Source: Acidimicrobiaceae bacterium
Lineage (GTDB): Bacteria > Actinomycetota > Acidimicrobiia > Acidimicrobiales > Aldehydirespiratoraceae
Length of the DNA: 62,252 nt
Direction of reading: 5' to 3'
Assembly: GCA_028820455.1 (NCBI GenBank)
Contig: JAPPJC010000057.1
Coordinates: 43,608-105,859 of the forward strand
Below are positions 45,800 to 54,854 of this stretch, piece after piece. The position numbers and the translations under genes were made by a program. Numbering within the stretch: position 1 is the first letter of the stretch; every line of letters starts with the position of its first letter. The notes under the pieces are model-generated. The model was not told where the DNA came from. It ran no database searches and was given only the letters and a program-made list of their open reading frames with translations.

Positions 45800-47729
45800 T
45801 CTGTCTTCGCTCAATGCCAATCAGCTCGAGTCCGTGCAGTGGAGCAAAGGTCCGCTTTTGGTGCTGGCTGGGCCTGGATCGGGCAAGACCAGAGTTCTCA
45901 CTTATCGCGTCGCCCGCATGGTGGAGGAAAGCCCGGGGAAACACTTTCGGATTTTGGGTTTGACCTTCACCCACAGGGCGGCTTCGGAAATGAGAACACG
46001 CATCGAGGGTCTCGTCTCGGATTCCCGGGACAGGATCCTGCTAACGACGTTCCATTCCTTTTGCGCGAACCTGTTACGCCAACACGGGCATCACATCGGC
46101 TTGCGTCCCGATTTCACAATCCTGGCACAGACGATCGACAGGCAAGCCGTACTAGATGAAGCGATTGAAGAGACAAGAAAGGACCACTCCGAGGTTTCTT
46201 ACAGAGGTGAGCAACTGTTGCCAGCGGTAAACCGGCTGCTGGACAATTGCGTATCCACAGACACGGCATTGCAGGAACTCAACAATCGCAACGTCGACAA
46301 AGCGGAGGTGTTGGCGGCCATATACGCGAATTATCTACGGTTGATGATCGAAAACAACCAGTTGGATTTCGGATGTCTGATCGCCGAAACGCTGGGTCTG
46401 CTCGAAAGGAACCCCAACGTGCGGCGGCTCATCCATCGCATCTACCCTTACGTGTGTGTCGATGAATTCCAAGACACCAATCTCGCTCAGTACCGCATTT
46501 TGACCAACCTCGTCAACCCGTCCACCAAGAACCTTTTCGTGGTCGCCGACGATGACCAGATCATCTACCAGTGGAACGGTGCCGACCCGAAACGTCTTCA
46601 GGCTCTCCACACCGATTTCGGAGTTACGGTGTTACAGCTCCCCGAAAATTACCGTTGCCCACCCAAAGTGGTGGAAGCCGCCAACAACCTCATCAATCAC
46701 AACCTGACGCGAGGCTTCGACAAAGCCGCCCCGATAGCCCACAAACCCGAAGGCGACGCGAAAGATGTGATCAGAGTCGAAAACTTCGGGTGTTTCCAAG
46801 ATGAAGCCGACTGGATCGCAAACGATATCGGATCGAATCGGACTACCGAACAATCCGATTGTGTCGTGCTGGCACGCACACGAAAGCTCCTGAAACCAGT
46901 TGTGGACGCATTGCAAGCCAGAGGAATAGACGCCTACATCGCTTTGCGGAAGGGTGAATTCCTCAGCAACCAAATGGTTTGGCTGCATTCGGTCCTCAGA
47001 TTGGCCAACACCCGACAGGACCGCGAACAACTTCGCCGGGTGTGCAAGTCGTTCTTTGACCTTGCTGATATGAATCTGCAGGTTCCAGACATCATATCCG
47101 ACGCAGCCACAACAGACGGCGACTACCTTCGCGCCTGGCGACGAAGCGTTTTGAATAAGACACAGCTAGATGCCCGCACCAGGACTTTCCTGAAAGAGTC
47201 GATTCCGGTCCTTTCCGAAAAACTCGATTTTCGGACGTTCATCCAAGCTGCTTTCGATTGGTTCGACGAATTGGAACCACCCGATGTAGAACCGGACATG
47301 ACACCACGGTCAAATGGCAACGAATCGGAATTCTCCGAAGAAAAGAACACATGGCACGATTTGGTCGCGGAAGTAGAAAGCGAACTCGGTGGAGACCAAG
47401 TAACGTTGAATGCACTCTTGCAGGGCCTGGACCTCCGCTGTAAAACCCCGCTTCCATCAAAAGACGCCATACCCTGCCACACCATCCATGCGGCGAAAGG
47501 CACCGAATTCAACCATGTCTATCTCGTTGGATTGGTGGAGGACCAGCTGCCCAGCTACTGGGCGGTCAAAAAAGGGCCCGACAGCCACGAAATCCAAGAA
47601 GAAAGGCGAAACTGTTTCGTGGCGATTACCCGGGTCCAAAACAGCTTGACTCTGACTTACTCGAATGAAGTCTTCGGCTGGCACAAATCACCCTCTCGAT
47701 TCCTTCAAGAGATGGGACTGGTTGCTTGA
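45792..47729 (+). CDS. gajB: Gabija GajB, UvrD/Rep-family helicase
   Basis: LLVLAGPGSGKTRVLTYRVA (motif I), VCVDEFQDTN (motif II), VLARTRK, HAAKGTEFNHVYL and VAITRVQ. 8-nt overlap with gajA. Confidence 0.8.
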   Translation: MVDLSSLNANQLESVQWSKGPLLVLAGPGSGKTRVLTYRVARMVEESPGKHFRILGLTFTHRAASEMRTRIEGLVSDSRDRILLTTFHSFCANLLRQHGHHIGLRPDFTILAQTIDRQAVLDEAIEETRKDHSEVSYRGEQLLPAVNRLLDNCVSTDTALQELNNRNVDKAEVLAAIYANYLRLMIENNQLDFGCLIAETLGLLERNPNVRRLIHRIYPYVCVDEFQDTNLAQYRILTNLVNPSTKNLFVVADDDQIIYQWNGADPKRLQALHTDFGVTVLQLPENYRCPPKVVEAANNLINHNLTRGFDKAAPIAHKPEGDAKDVIRVENFGCFQDEADWIANDIGSNRTTEQSDCVVLARTRKLLKPVVDALQARGIDAYIALRKGEFLSNQMVWLHSVLRLANTRQDREQLRRVCKSFFDLADMNLQVPDIISDAATTDGDYLRAWRRSVLNKTQLDARTRTFLKESIPVLSEKLDFRTFIQAAFDWFDELEPPDVEPDMTPRSNGNESEFSEEKNTWHDLVAEVESELGGDQVTLNALLQGLDLRCKTPLPSKDAIPCHTIHAAKGTEFNHVYLVGLVEDQLPSYWAVKKGPDSHEIQEERRNCFVAITRVQNSLTLTYSNEVFGWHKSPSRFLQEMGLVA

Positions 47730-47759
47730 AAAACCACCGATACTCCATCAGAACACTAG

Positions 47760-48145
47760 TGGTGTCAGTACGACGGATGAGTCCGCGACGACTACGAAAC
47801 GATCTGAGCTTCTTCGGTTTGCTGTTCGAGTCGCTTGTGATACGCGACCTGCGTGTGTACGCCCAAAAGAATGACAGTCGGGTGTCTTATTTCTGGGATA
47901 CCGCCTCACTCGAGGTAGACGCCGTGATCGAGCGTGGTGACAGCGAATGGATGGCCGTGGAGATCAAACTCGGCGGAGAACAGCTGATTGAATAGGGAGC
48001 CAGAACCCTACGGCGTCTCCGCAGAAGAATCGACATCGAAAAAATGGGTGAACCGTCAGCCATGATCGTCATCACCGCCACCGGTCACAGCTTCAAACAC
48101 AACGACAACGTCAGAGTGATCCCCATAGGTATGCTCGGCCCATGA
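47760..48145 (+). pseudogene. C-terminal fragment of a DUF4143-type AAA ATPase with an in-frame TAG
   Basis: FGLLFESLVIRDLRVYAQ...YFWDTASLEVDAVIERGDSEWMAVEIKLGGEQLIE, then a TAG at 47993, then GARTLRRL...AMIVITATGHSF...VRVIPIGMLGP. The N-terminal ATPase domain is missing. Confidence 0.55.
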
Positions 48146-48420
48146 ATGATTCCGCGATGCCGGTGGGTGTGATGGACATCTCAGTGGTACTCGCCGATGA
48201 GGGTATCAGTGCTTTGGAGGTCACCTTGCGTACCCCGGTCGCGTTCCGAACGGTTGATGGACGCTCTCGCACCATTGTTTCCCGACGTTTCACTCGTTCC
48301 CCCCCGGGAGAGTCGATCTTGATGATGTGGACGGTTATTTGAGGCGTCCGAGTGCTACCGCGGTCGGTGCTGGTGGCTGTTGTTGGAGGTGAACGTCGGT
48401 GATACCAACCCCCAGCCGTG
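48142..48420 (+). pseudogene. eda: KDPG-aldolase (Eda-like) remnant with an internal deletion or frameshift
   Basis: VVLADEGISALEVTLRTPVAFRTV resembles the Eda N-terminal block. A second frame gives FPPGRVDLDDVDGYLRRPSATAVGAGG, resembling the C-terminal block. The middle of the enzyme is absent. Confidence 0.4.
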
Positions 48421-48645
48421 GACATGGTCGACACCTCAGGAGCCGGTGACGGATTCTTCGGGACATACCTCGCACACCGACTCTCAGATATCGATCCTTT
48501 CAAGGCCATCGGATCGAAGTCGCAGCCCGTGTCGTGCGTTCCAACGGGACACTCGGATATCTGGCCAGCATGATGACGACGGATGACGACTGAACTTCCT
48601 TAGGGGCTGTTACACTGGAGAAAAAGAGTCGGAAAGGACATCACC

Positions 48646-49146
48646 TTGTCAAGGAAACACGTTAACCCCCTGTTGTGCGGGCTGTATTTGTTCGCCTTCG
48701 GTCTCCTAATCATCGCATGCAGCGACAGCTCTAACCCCAACATCAGACAACTCACCAACAACGACGCTGATGACGTGAGACCAGTGTGGTCGCCTGATGG
48801 AACACAAATCGCATTCCAGAGTATGCGTGATGGAATTGGTGAGATATTCGTGATGGATGCCGATGGTTCCAACATCAGACAACTCACCAACAACAACGCT
48901 AGTGACTGGATACCAGCGTGGTCACCCGATGGAACACAAATCGCATTCCAGGGTAGTCGTGATGGAGATTATGAGATATTCGTGATGAATGCCGATGGTT
49001 CCAATGTCAGGCAACTCACCAACAACAACGCTAATGACTTGAAACCTGTGTGGTCTCCTGATGGAACACAAATCGCCTTCGAGGGTAGTCGTGATGGAGA
49101 TTCTAAGATATTTGTGGTAGATGTCGATGGCTCCAATGCCAACTGA
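48646..49146 (+). pseudogene. Lipoprotein with TolB-type PD40 repeats, decaying at the 3' end
   Basis: Lipobox IIACS. Three repeats read RPVWSPDGTQIAFQ..RDG..EIFVMDADGSNIRQLTNN. A fourth repeat continues past TGA 49144 and is frameshifted (LTNNDSNDRD..). Confidence 0.6.
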
Positions 49147-49540
49147 CTCACCAACAACGACTCTAATGACCGGGACTAGTGTGGTCACCCGACGGAACAC
49201 GCAAGTAGCGACTGCCATGGGAGAGTGTTGCCTTGTCACGACTGGTTGGCATATACTCGGTTAGCCTGGACTGCTGCAACGGCTTGACATTGCACATTAG
49301 CGAACATCAAGCATTGGAACGTCAAGCATCAGCGGTCCTGGTGTGACTTGTCGAATTGTCGCCAACGGACTCGCCCCACATTTCAAGGGCCGGGTTGTCA
49401 TGCATGTTTGAGCCAAATTGTTAGATGAATCGAGTCCGAACGGTTAGATGTGACAACGGTGGGCGGGTGGTTAGTATGGGATTGTGGCTGATGATGGAGC
49501 GTATATTCCCAGGGTGGTCGACGCCCAGATCGGCGATAAG

Positions 49541-49690
49541 CTCCGTATCTTCTACGCTTTCAAACAAGTAGAGAACAAAAGAGGCACAGCAGAAAGAGTG
49601 TCCACCGGTTGGGTTGGGAGACCATGCTCAAGGGTCTGCTCGATTGCGGTGTGACCATCACCGGCACCTGGCCGATACGCGCTGAATTGT
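49541..49690 (+). pseudogene. C-terminal fragment of a DUF1156-type DNA methylase, frameshifted
   Basis: LRIFYAFKQVENKRGTAERVSTGW, then a GTTGG duplication, then ETMLKGLLDCGVTITGTWPIRAEL. Immediately preceded by GAYIPRVVDAQIGDKL, which looks like the N-terminus of a DUF4143 ATPase, so the junction is chimeric. Confidence 0.5.
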
Positions 49691-49714
49691 TGTGTCACCA
49701 TAAACCGGCAATGT

Positions 49715-50206
49715 TCAATCTGACGTTCGAGCGGAACGTACTCGCTCTTGCACGATATCGGCTACGACTTCCGGGTCTTCGTGTTCCCAGAATCGCAGCA
49801 CCGTCCATCCGGCAGCTTCCAAACGGGCGTTGGTGTCGGCATCACGTGCGATGTTGGACGCGATTTTGTCAGCCCAGAATTCGTGGTTGGTAGTTGGCTG
49901 AGTGTGATGTGAAGAGCATCCGTGCCAGTAGCAGCCGTCCACGAACACGGCAACTCGGGCCTTGCGGAACACCATGTCAGCAGTTCGCCTAAGGTCTGCC
50001 AGAGGCCGTTCGGAAACTCGGAACCTCAGGCCCCGCCGGTGCACGGCAGAACGTACCGCGAGCTCCGGCTTGGTGTCACGACTACGGTTGTTCTTCATTG
50101 ATTTGCGGGTGGCAGGCGATGAAGCCCAAGACCTGCTAGCCGAATCCTCGTTCACGATTCCAACGATAACACCCAGTCCGCCCGTTCTCACGGGGATTCC
50201 ACACAT
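49715..50206 (-). CDS. vsr: Very-short-patch repair endonuclease Vsr
   Basis: SSPATRKSMKNNRSRDTKPELAVRSAVHRRGLRFR...ADMVFRKARVAVFVDGCYWHGC...FWADKIASNIARDADTNARLEAAGWTVLRFWEHE is canonical Vsr. The start is uncertain; the track ORF extends to 50398. Confidence 0.85.
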   Translation of the reverse strand: MCGIPVRTGGLGVIVGIVNEDSASRSWASSPATRKSMKNNRSRDTKPELAVRSAVHRRGLRFRVSERPLADLRRTADMVFRKARVAVFVDGCYWHGCSSHHTQPTTNHEFWADKIASNIARDADTNARLEAAGWTVLRFWEHEDPEVVADIVQERVRSARTSD

Positions 50207-50413
50207 CTCTCCACAGACATGGCGACAATGAAGGACACTATAGCAGAATTTCCATTTCTTCGCAATGAGGAGACAAACGAGACGGACCTGCTTCATCGCG
50301 CAGTCGGACTGTCTCCCCTGAATCTGCGACACATCAAGGCATCTCACCCCGGTGGTACCTGGTATGACTGGCAACTGAATCTGCGTGCAGAATGCCACCT
50401 GAAGAGCACGAGT

Positions 50414-52483
50414 TCAATTTTTTTGTTTGGCACGCTGAAATTCTTGGCGTTTCTCCAGGTACTCCAAGTAAGCCTGCTTGGCATTGCGGATCAGCTCCTC
50501 ATAGTTTACTATCCGACTTCCAGGTGAGATAGAGTCAAGCGCACTTTTGAGTCGCTGCGGATTACTGTCCTGTTCAGCCACGCGTCGTCCAAGTACGAAT
50601 ATAACCTCAACCGATGGATTATCATCACCTTCGGTCTTCGCCAGATTCACAACTTTGTCCACATATGTCTGCCCCTGCGCTACAAGGTCGGGCAGTTTCA
50701 TCACCCTACCAGCTCGTTTGAGTTCCACGATTATATGCTTACCGGCTGCTGTCTTGTAGCTGATATCAACACGACTGAGTTTCTTTTTTTCAGACATATT
50801 GTCAATTATGACGCCCTCCTTCATGAGACGCGACTCCATACGCTTACTACCCGCGGCACGCTCCCATGATGGATCAAGCAACCACAGGTGGTCAAAGAGA
50901 TATTGTTGCAGTACTTTCTCCTTGGTATTTTCATCAACCGCCTTAGTGAGGACTTTGATGGCTTCCAATCTTGAGGATATTATGTCCAAATACAACTCTG
51001 CCTCAAGCGCGTCCTGATCAGCTAAGAGCTTCAGCAATGCTTGTGGATCGTCGATCGAATCGGCCAGTTCAGCTGTCGAACCGCGTAAAGCCATACGTTC
51101 AAAGGCGTAGATGCTGTGCTTGAGCAGTTCCTTCTTGTCGTCTTCGGTGTCGAAGTGCGCCTTGCTGATGTGGCGGATCATTCGTTTTGCCTGGTTCTGG
51201 TGGCCGTTGAGAAGACCTGTCATCCATTCCTCCAAGGCAGGATTGGTCTCAGTGATTCGCTTCACATCTGCTTCGGCACGCCACTCCTTCCAATCTCTGT
51301 CCACCTGGTTCAGGATCTTTCTCATGTGCTTTTTCAGTGCTATCACACGAGGGTCGTCCTCTCGCACACGTTGCCGATCACTCGTGGCGAGGTCGTCATC
51401 ATCGGTGACGTCTAGGAAGTCGGCGTTGACCTGTCCAGTTATGTACTTCGTGTAGATACGGCCATCGCTGAGACTCTCCGCGATGTTCTCATGGAATAAA
51501 CGTCCACGGGCCAGAAGCACGATTCCGTTCATGTTGCCCGTTTCTTCATTGTTCAGAAGTTGCGGGTTGCGAGCCGTGCCGATCCAGCCTCTTATCAGCC
51601 AATCGGGATTATCGCCAACCTTTGTGGCCGCGATTTTTGTATCCTTTTCAAGTTTGGGAAAACTGTCACGCCAACTCCAGTTGTCCTCTACTTCTGGGGT
51701 AAGTAATCTGTGTTCTCCATTTTCTTGATCCAGATCATGGCCTCCGATGGTCCACACGAATTGAGAAACAGCCAAGTCACCACGTTCCGCAATTGAAATA
51801 GCCTCTCCGTTCACGAACATCTTAAACTGATGTCTTTCTCCTATGACGGAGAACCGACGCGCTAGTCTCTTGCGGAGAGCCGCAGCCGTGAGTCTCAGTC
51901 TTGAACGCTTGAGTTTTCGCAGATTGATTTTTGTGCCTTGTGTGAGTTCTTGCAGGTCGACCTGCAATGCTTCCGGATGATACGCATCTCGGTTCTTTGC
52001 CGCCTCCGCGATTGCCTCTGTGTCCAACCGGCACCCATGAGTTGTCCCATCATTGGATGATCGGATTTCTATGATCCGTGCAATGGAGAAGAGCGAAAGC
52101 TTGCCGAGCCCCTTACGTCCCATCACCTGACGTCCTTTCGCTGTCTTGTCGCCATATTGTTCGTTTTCTTCACGACGTGCATACCCGACCCTCAGGTATT
52201 TGTCATTCATATCGTCCACGGTCATCCCGACACCGTCATCCGATATCTCAATACTGTCCTCATGCTGGTTGAGGTTGATATGGACGTTCTCAGCGTCGGC
52301 GTCCCACGCGTTCGCGACCGCTTCCGCGAGCACGGCTGCGACGTTGCTGTACAGTTTGATGCCGAGATGATCGAGGACGTTGAGATCAACACTCATCTCA
52401 TATGTGGGACTCTCGTCAAATCCAGGTAACGAGTTCATAACCGGAAGCATAGCCTGATATTGAGGATTAAAGTGCACAACCAC
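50414..52483 (-). CDS. GHKL (HATPase_c_3 / paraMORC-type) ATPase with a C-terminal PD-(D/E)xK-like domain
   Basis: Bergerat motifs AEAVANAWDA (ExxxNxxD), ISDDGVGM (DxGxG) and GRKGLGKLS (GxxGxG). The C-terminal RVDISYKTAAGKHIIVELKRAG is D...ExK. Confidence 0.75.
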   Translation of the reverse strand: MVVHFNPQYQAMLPVMNSLPGFDESPTYEMSVDLNVLDHLGIKLYSNVAAVLAEAVANAWDADAENVHINLNQHEDSIEISDDGVGMTVDDMNDKYLRVGYARREENEQYGDKTAKGRQVMGRKGLGKLSLFSIARIIEIRSSNDGTTHGCRLDTEAIAEAAKNRDAYHPEALQVDLQELTQGTKINLRKLKRSRLRLTAAALRKRLARRFSVIGERHQFKMFVNGEAISIAERGDLAVSQFVWTIGGHDLDQENGEHRLLTPEVEDNWSWRDSFPKLEKDTKIAATKVGDNPDWLIRGWIGTARNPQLLNNEETGNMNGIVLLARGRLFHENIAESLSDGRIYTKYITGQVNADFLDVTDDDDLATSDRQRVREDDPRVIALKKHMRKILNQVDRDWKEWRAEADVKRITETNPALEEWMTGLLNGHQNQAKRMIRHISKAHFDTEDDKKELLKHSIYAFERMALRGSTAELADSIDDPQALLKLLADQDALEAELYLDIISSRLEAIKVLTKAVDENTKEKVLQQYLFDHLWLLDPSWERAAGSKRMESRLMKEGVIIDNMSEKKKLSRVDISYKTAAGKHIIVELKRAGRVMKLPDLVAQGQTYVDKVVNLAKTEGDDNPSVEVIFVLGRRVAEQDSNPQRLKSALDSISPGSRIVNYEELIRNAKQAYLEYLEKRQEFQRAKQKN

Positions 52484-52786
52484 GAGGTCGGTTCACTTCG
52501 AGGTTCAGGTTTTTTTATATATAGGTCTTGCTTCGCCTGAGGGTTCTGGGTCTTCATGCTTGCTACACGTACCGCATCACACAATTCAACACATTTCACA
52601 TGTCAATCTCAAGTTATTTAAGTATATTAAAGTTATTTGAATATAATAAAATGAAATTTAGATTTCATATGATATAATTTATGTGTGGTTCCTTATTGAC
52701 ATCCGAAATATGATTCTTGGGCCAGGGGTTTGTCTTGTTGTAGGAAAGTGTCAGGAACTCGAGAAAACCCTCTCGCCGAGACGTGC

Positions 52787-53350
52787 ATGATGACCAGAGT
52801 CGCTGTGTTCATCGACTACCAGAACATGTACCACGGTGCCCGCAGGGCATTTGCCGACCTGAAAGTACTCTCACCCATCTTCGGGCACGTCCACCCGGTT
52901 GCCCTAGGCCGACTCCTGACAGGGCTAGGCCGCTCAGCAGACCCCAACCGCAAGCTTGTAGCTACAACCGTGTATAGAAGCCAACCCGGTAGAAGAAGCC
53001 CGCGTAAGCTGGCAGTGACAACAGCCCGGCAGATCGCCAGATGGCATCAGCATCCATCGTTCACCGTCAAAACCTTGCCTCTGCGCTACCAAAAACCTGA
53101 AACACCCGGAGAACGATGGCGAGCCGAAGAAAAAGGCATTGACGTGATGCTCGCTTTGGATTTAGTCCTCGGAGCACATTGAGACCAATTCGACACAGCT
53201 GTTGTGGTATCATGCGACACGGATCTCCGTCCGGCTCTAATCGAAGTACTGCACGCGAACAAACGCATCGAAACCGCTTCATGGGTAGCTCCACCGAGAA
53301 CTTTCACTGCTTTGCGACTGCCAGGCCATAGCATCTGGACCATTACATGA
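52787..53350 (+). pseudogene. NYN-domain (LabA/DUF88-like) ribonuclease with an in-frame TGA
   Basis: MMTRVAVFIDYQNMYHGA...EEKGIDVMLALDLVLGAH, then a stop at 53180-53182, then DQFDTAVVVSCDTDLRPAL. Both NYN acidic blocks are present and are split by the stop. Confidence 0.7.
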
Positions 53351-53659
53351 CCAGGAAACATTTCCTGCGTGTGCAAGATGACACCGACTACCTGCTCACC
53401 TGACTCAGAATTCAAAATGACACAAAATCACCCCAAACGTCGGGTAGCGATGCCCTGTACATCCGTTATAATCGTATTATTCTTCCCCACCCCTCCGGCG
53501 TCAAGCCGGGGCTGGTGGGTGCTATATCAGTGGTTCGGATAACGGTGCATGGATCGCAGTCCAGAGGCGGTCTAACGGCAGGCAAAGAATAAGAGACTTT
53601 CATGATCGGCTTTCCGGCTTCCCCACGACTGCGCAGGTTTCCTAGGAGAGGCTAATAGT

Positions 53660-53901
53660 CGAAAACAATCCATTCTCGCTTACTTATCTCTTACGGCATT
53701 GAAAGTTTCTGGGCATTGTTGAAACGCGGTTATTACGGTGTGTGTCATCATATGCCAGTGAAACACTTGAACAATTATGTGAATGAGTTCGCTGGTCGCC
53801 ACAATCTACGTAGTCTGCTACACTTGAGAAGAGGCTTGGGCTGCCTGATGTGGAGATCACCTTCAACTCGAACGTTAGAAGGCATACTAGAGGGTACGTA
53901 G
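53660..53901 (+). mobile_element. IS1595-family transposase 3' fragment
   Basis: GIESFWALLKRGYYGVCHHMPVKHLNNYVNEFAGRHNLRS is the C-terminal signature. Nothing upstream of about 53660 is in frame. Confidence 0.65.
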
Positions 53902-53960
53902 CGCATGAGAGTATCTAGAGTCTTGGTAGTTTTTTGCTCTAAAGAATAATATTTACACCT

Positions 53961-54079
53961 GAGGACAGAATTGAGGATTCTGTGACATTAGCTGACCTCG
54001 ACAACAGCATTCGCAGCAGTTCTGCTGTGTCTGAGGACAGAATTGAGGATTCTGTGACATTAGCTGACCTCGACAACAG
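53961..54079. repeat. Direct repeat of a 47-nt unit with a 72-nt period
   Basis: gaggacagaattgaggattctgtgacattagctgacctcgacaacag occurs at 53961-54007 and at 54033-54079. Confidence 0.9.
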
Positions 54080-54197
54080 TGTTGGTAATGGCCCTGATGT
54101 ATCCGAAGACGAGATCGCTGTGCGTTACTACAGTGACGAGTCGTTTTTAGCTGCTATACGGCTACGTCGCAGCGGCCGTACGGTCGACAGTTTGTGA
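53982..54197 (+). CDS. Small hypothetical protein with a 24-aa internal repeat
   Basis: Track ORF with a GTG start. Its 3' end is conserved in the remote repeat copy (AIRLRRSSRTTDSL there). Confidence 0.3.
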   Translation: MTLADLDNSIRSSSAVSEDRIEDSVTLADLDNSVGNGPDVSEDEIAVRYYSDESFLAAIRLRRSGRTVDSL

Positions 54198-54244
54198 TTC
54201 TGGCATAGTGCCAACTCACGATGAGACTAAGGCATTCCTGCGTG
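54154..54244 (+). repeat. Copy B (intact) of the ~95-nt direct repeat (copy A at 17684-17783)
   Basis: It spans the stop of ORF 53982-54197 (..AAIRLRRSGRTVDSL) and the GTG start of ORF 54208-54402. Confidence 0.85.
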
Positions 54245-54402
54245 ACTACGAAAACCTGACCCGTCAGCAACAAGACAGGTTCGATAGTAAGCGTGAAGAA
54301 TTTGTAGCAGATCTACTCGAAATGGAGAAAGACCCGAGTAGGGGATTCCGCAACGAGTTTCCAGGGCTCATTTCAGCATTCACGGTGAGTCTGACATTTT
54401 GA
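54208..54402 (+). CDS. Small hypothetical protein, 10 nt downstream of the 53982-54197 ORF
   Basis: GTG start, (M)PTHDETKAFLRDYENLTRQQQDRF. The homologous stretch at 17.7 kb carries a stop (PTHD*). Confidence 0.3.
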   Translation: MPTHDETKAFLRDYENLTRQQQDRFDSKREEFVADLLEMEKDPSRGFRNEFPGLISAFTVSLTF

Positions 54403-54854
54403 AAAACACGTTGGATGCCTGCGAACGCGAGAAGAACAGGCCTGTTGATCTTCATCTACTTGTCGGAGGTCGGCGGTTCCGGCCGTGCCTGGAAGATGTC
54501 ATTGAGTTCTGTGTACTAGAACGCCTGGTTAATCCTAGAGACGATTGACAAAACGCGTTAGAGAATTCACGTGCTTTGTACTTTAAGCAACTTCACGACG
54601 TTCCCCTGACGTGGTTGCTGAAGTCCTGAAACGTGACAGATGTAACTTGACGACTAATCCGCCGTTGAATCCATCAAATCTGTAGTCTATTGATCTTCAT
54701 ATCGGCTGTGAGCACGTTGAAGAACGTCTGGTGGAGTCCCTGATATCCGACATCGTGGATGACTCCACCCAATGTTGTTCTGTAACCTCAGATGAAGTCA
54801 GTAAAGGACTCGTAGCAGTTCCAGGGGTCGGGAAAACCGGTTATAAGTGGAACC

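Noticed and set aside
52500-52730. AT-rich block with the small palindrome ATGAAATTTAGATTTCAT as a specific operator
   Set aside because: The arms are short (7 nt) and lie in very AT-rich promoter-like DNA between divergent genes, so this is plausible by chance. It is probably just the promoter region of the GHKL and NYN genes.
42981-53350. In-frame TGA codons in the mazF and NYN genes as evidence for TGA recoding (an alternative genetic code)
   Set aside because: Many intact genes here terminate on TGA, including four ATGA start/stop overlaps, and long ORFs are otherwise free of internal TGA. Nonsense mutation is the simpler explanation.
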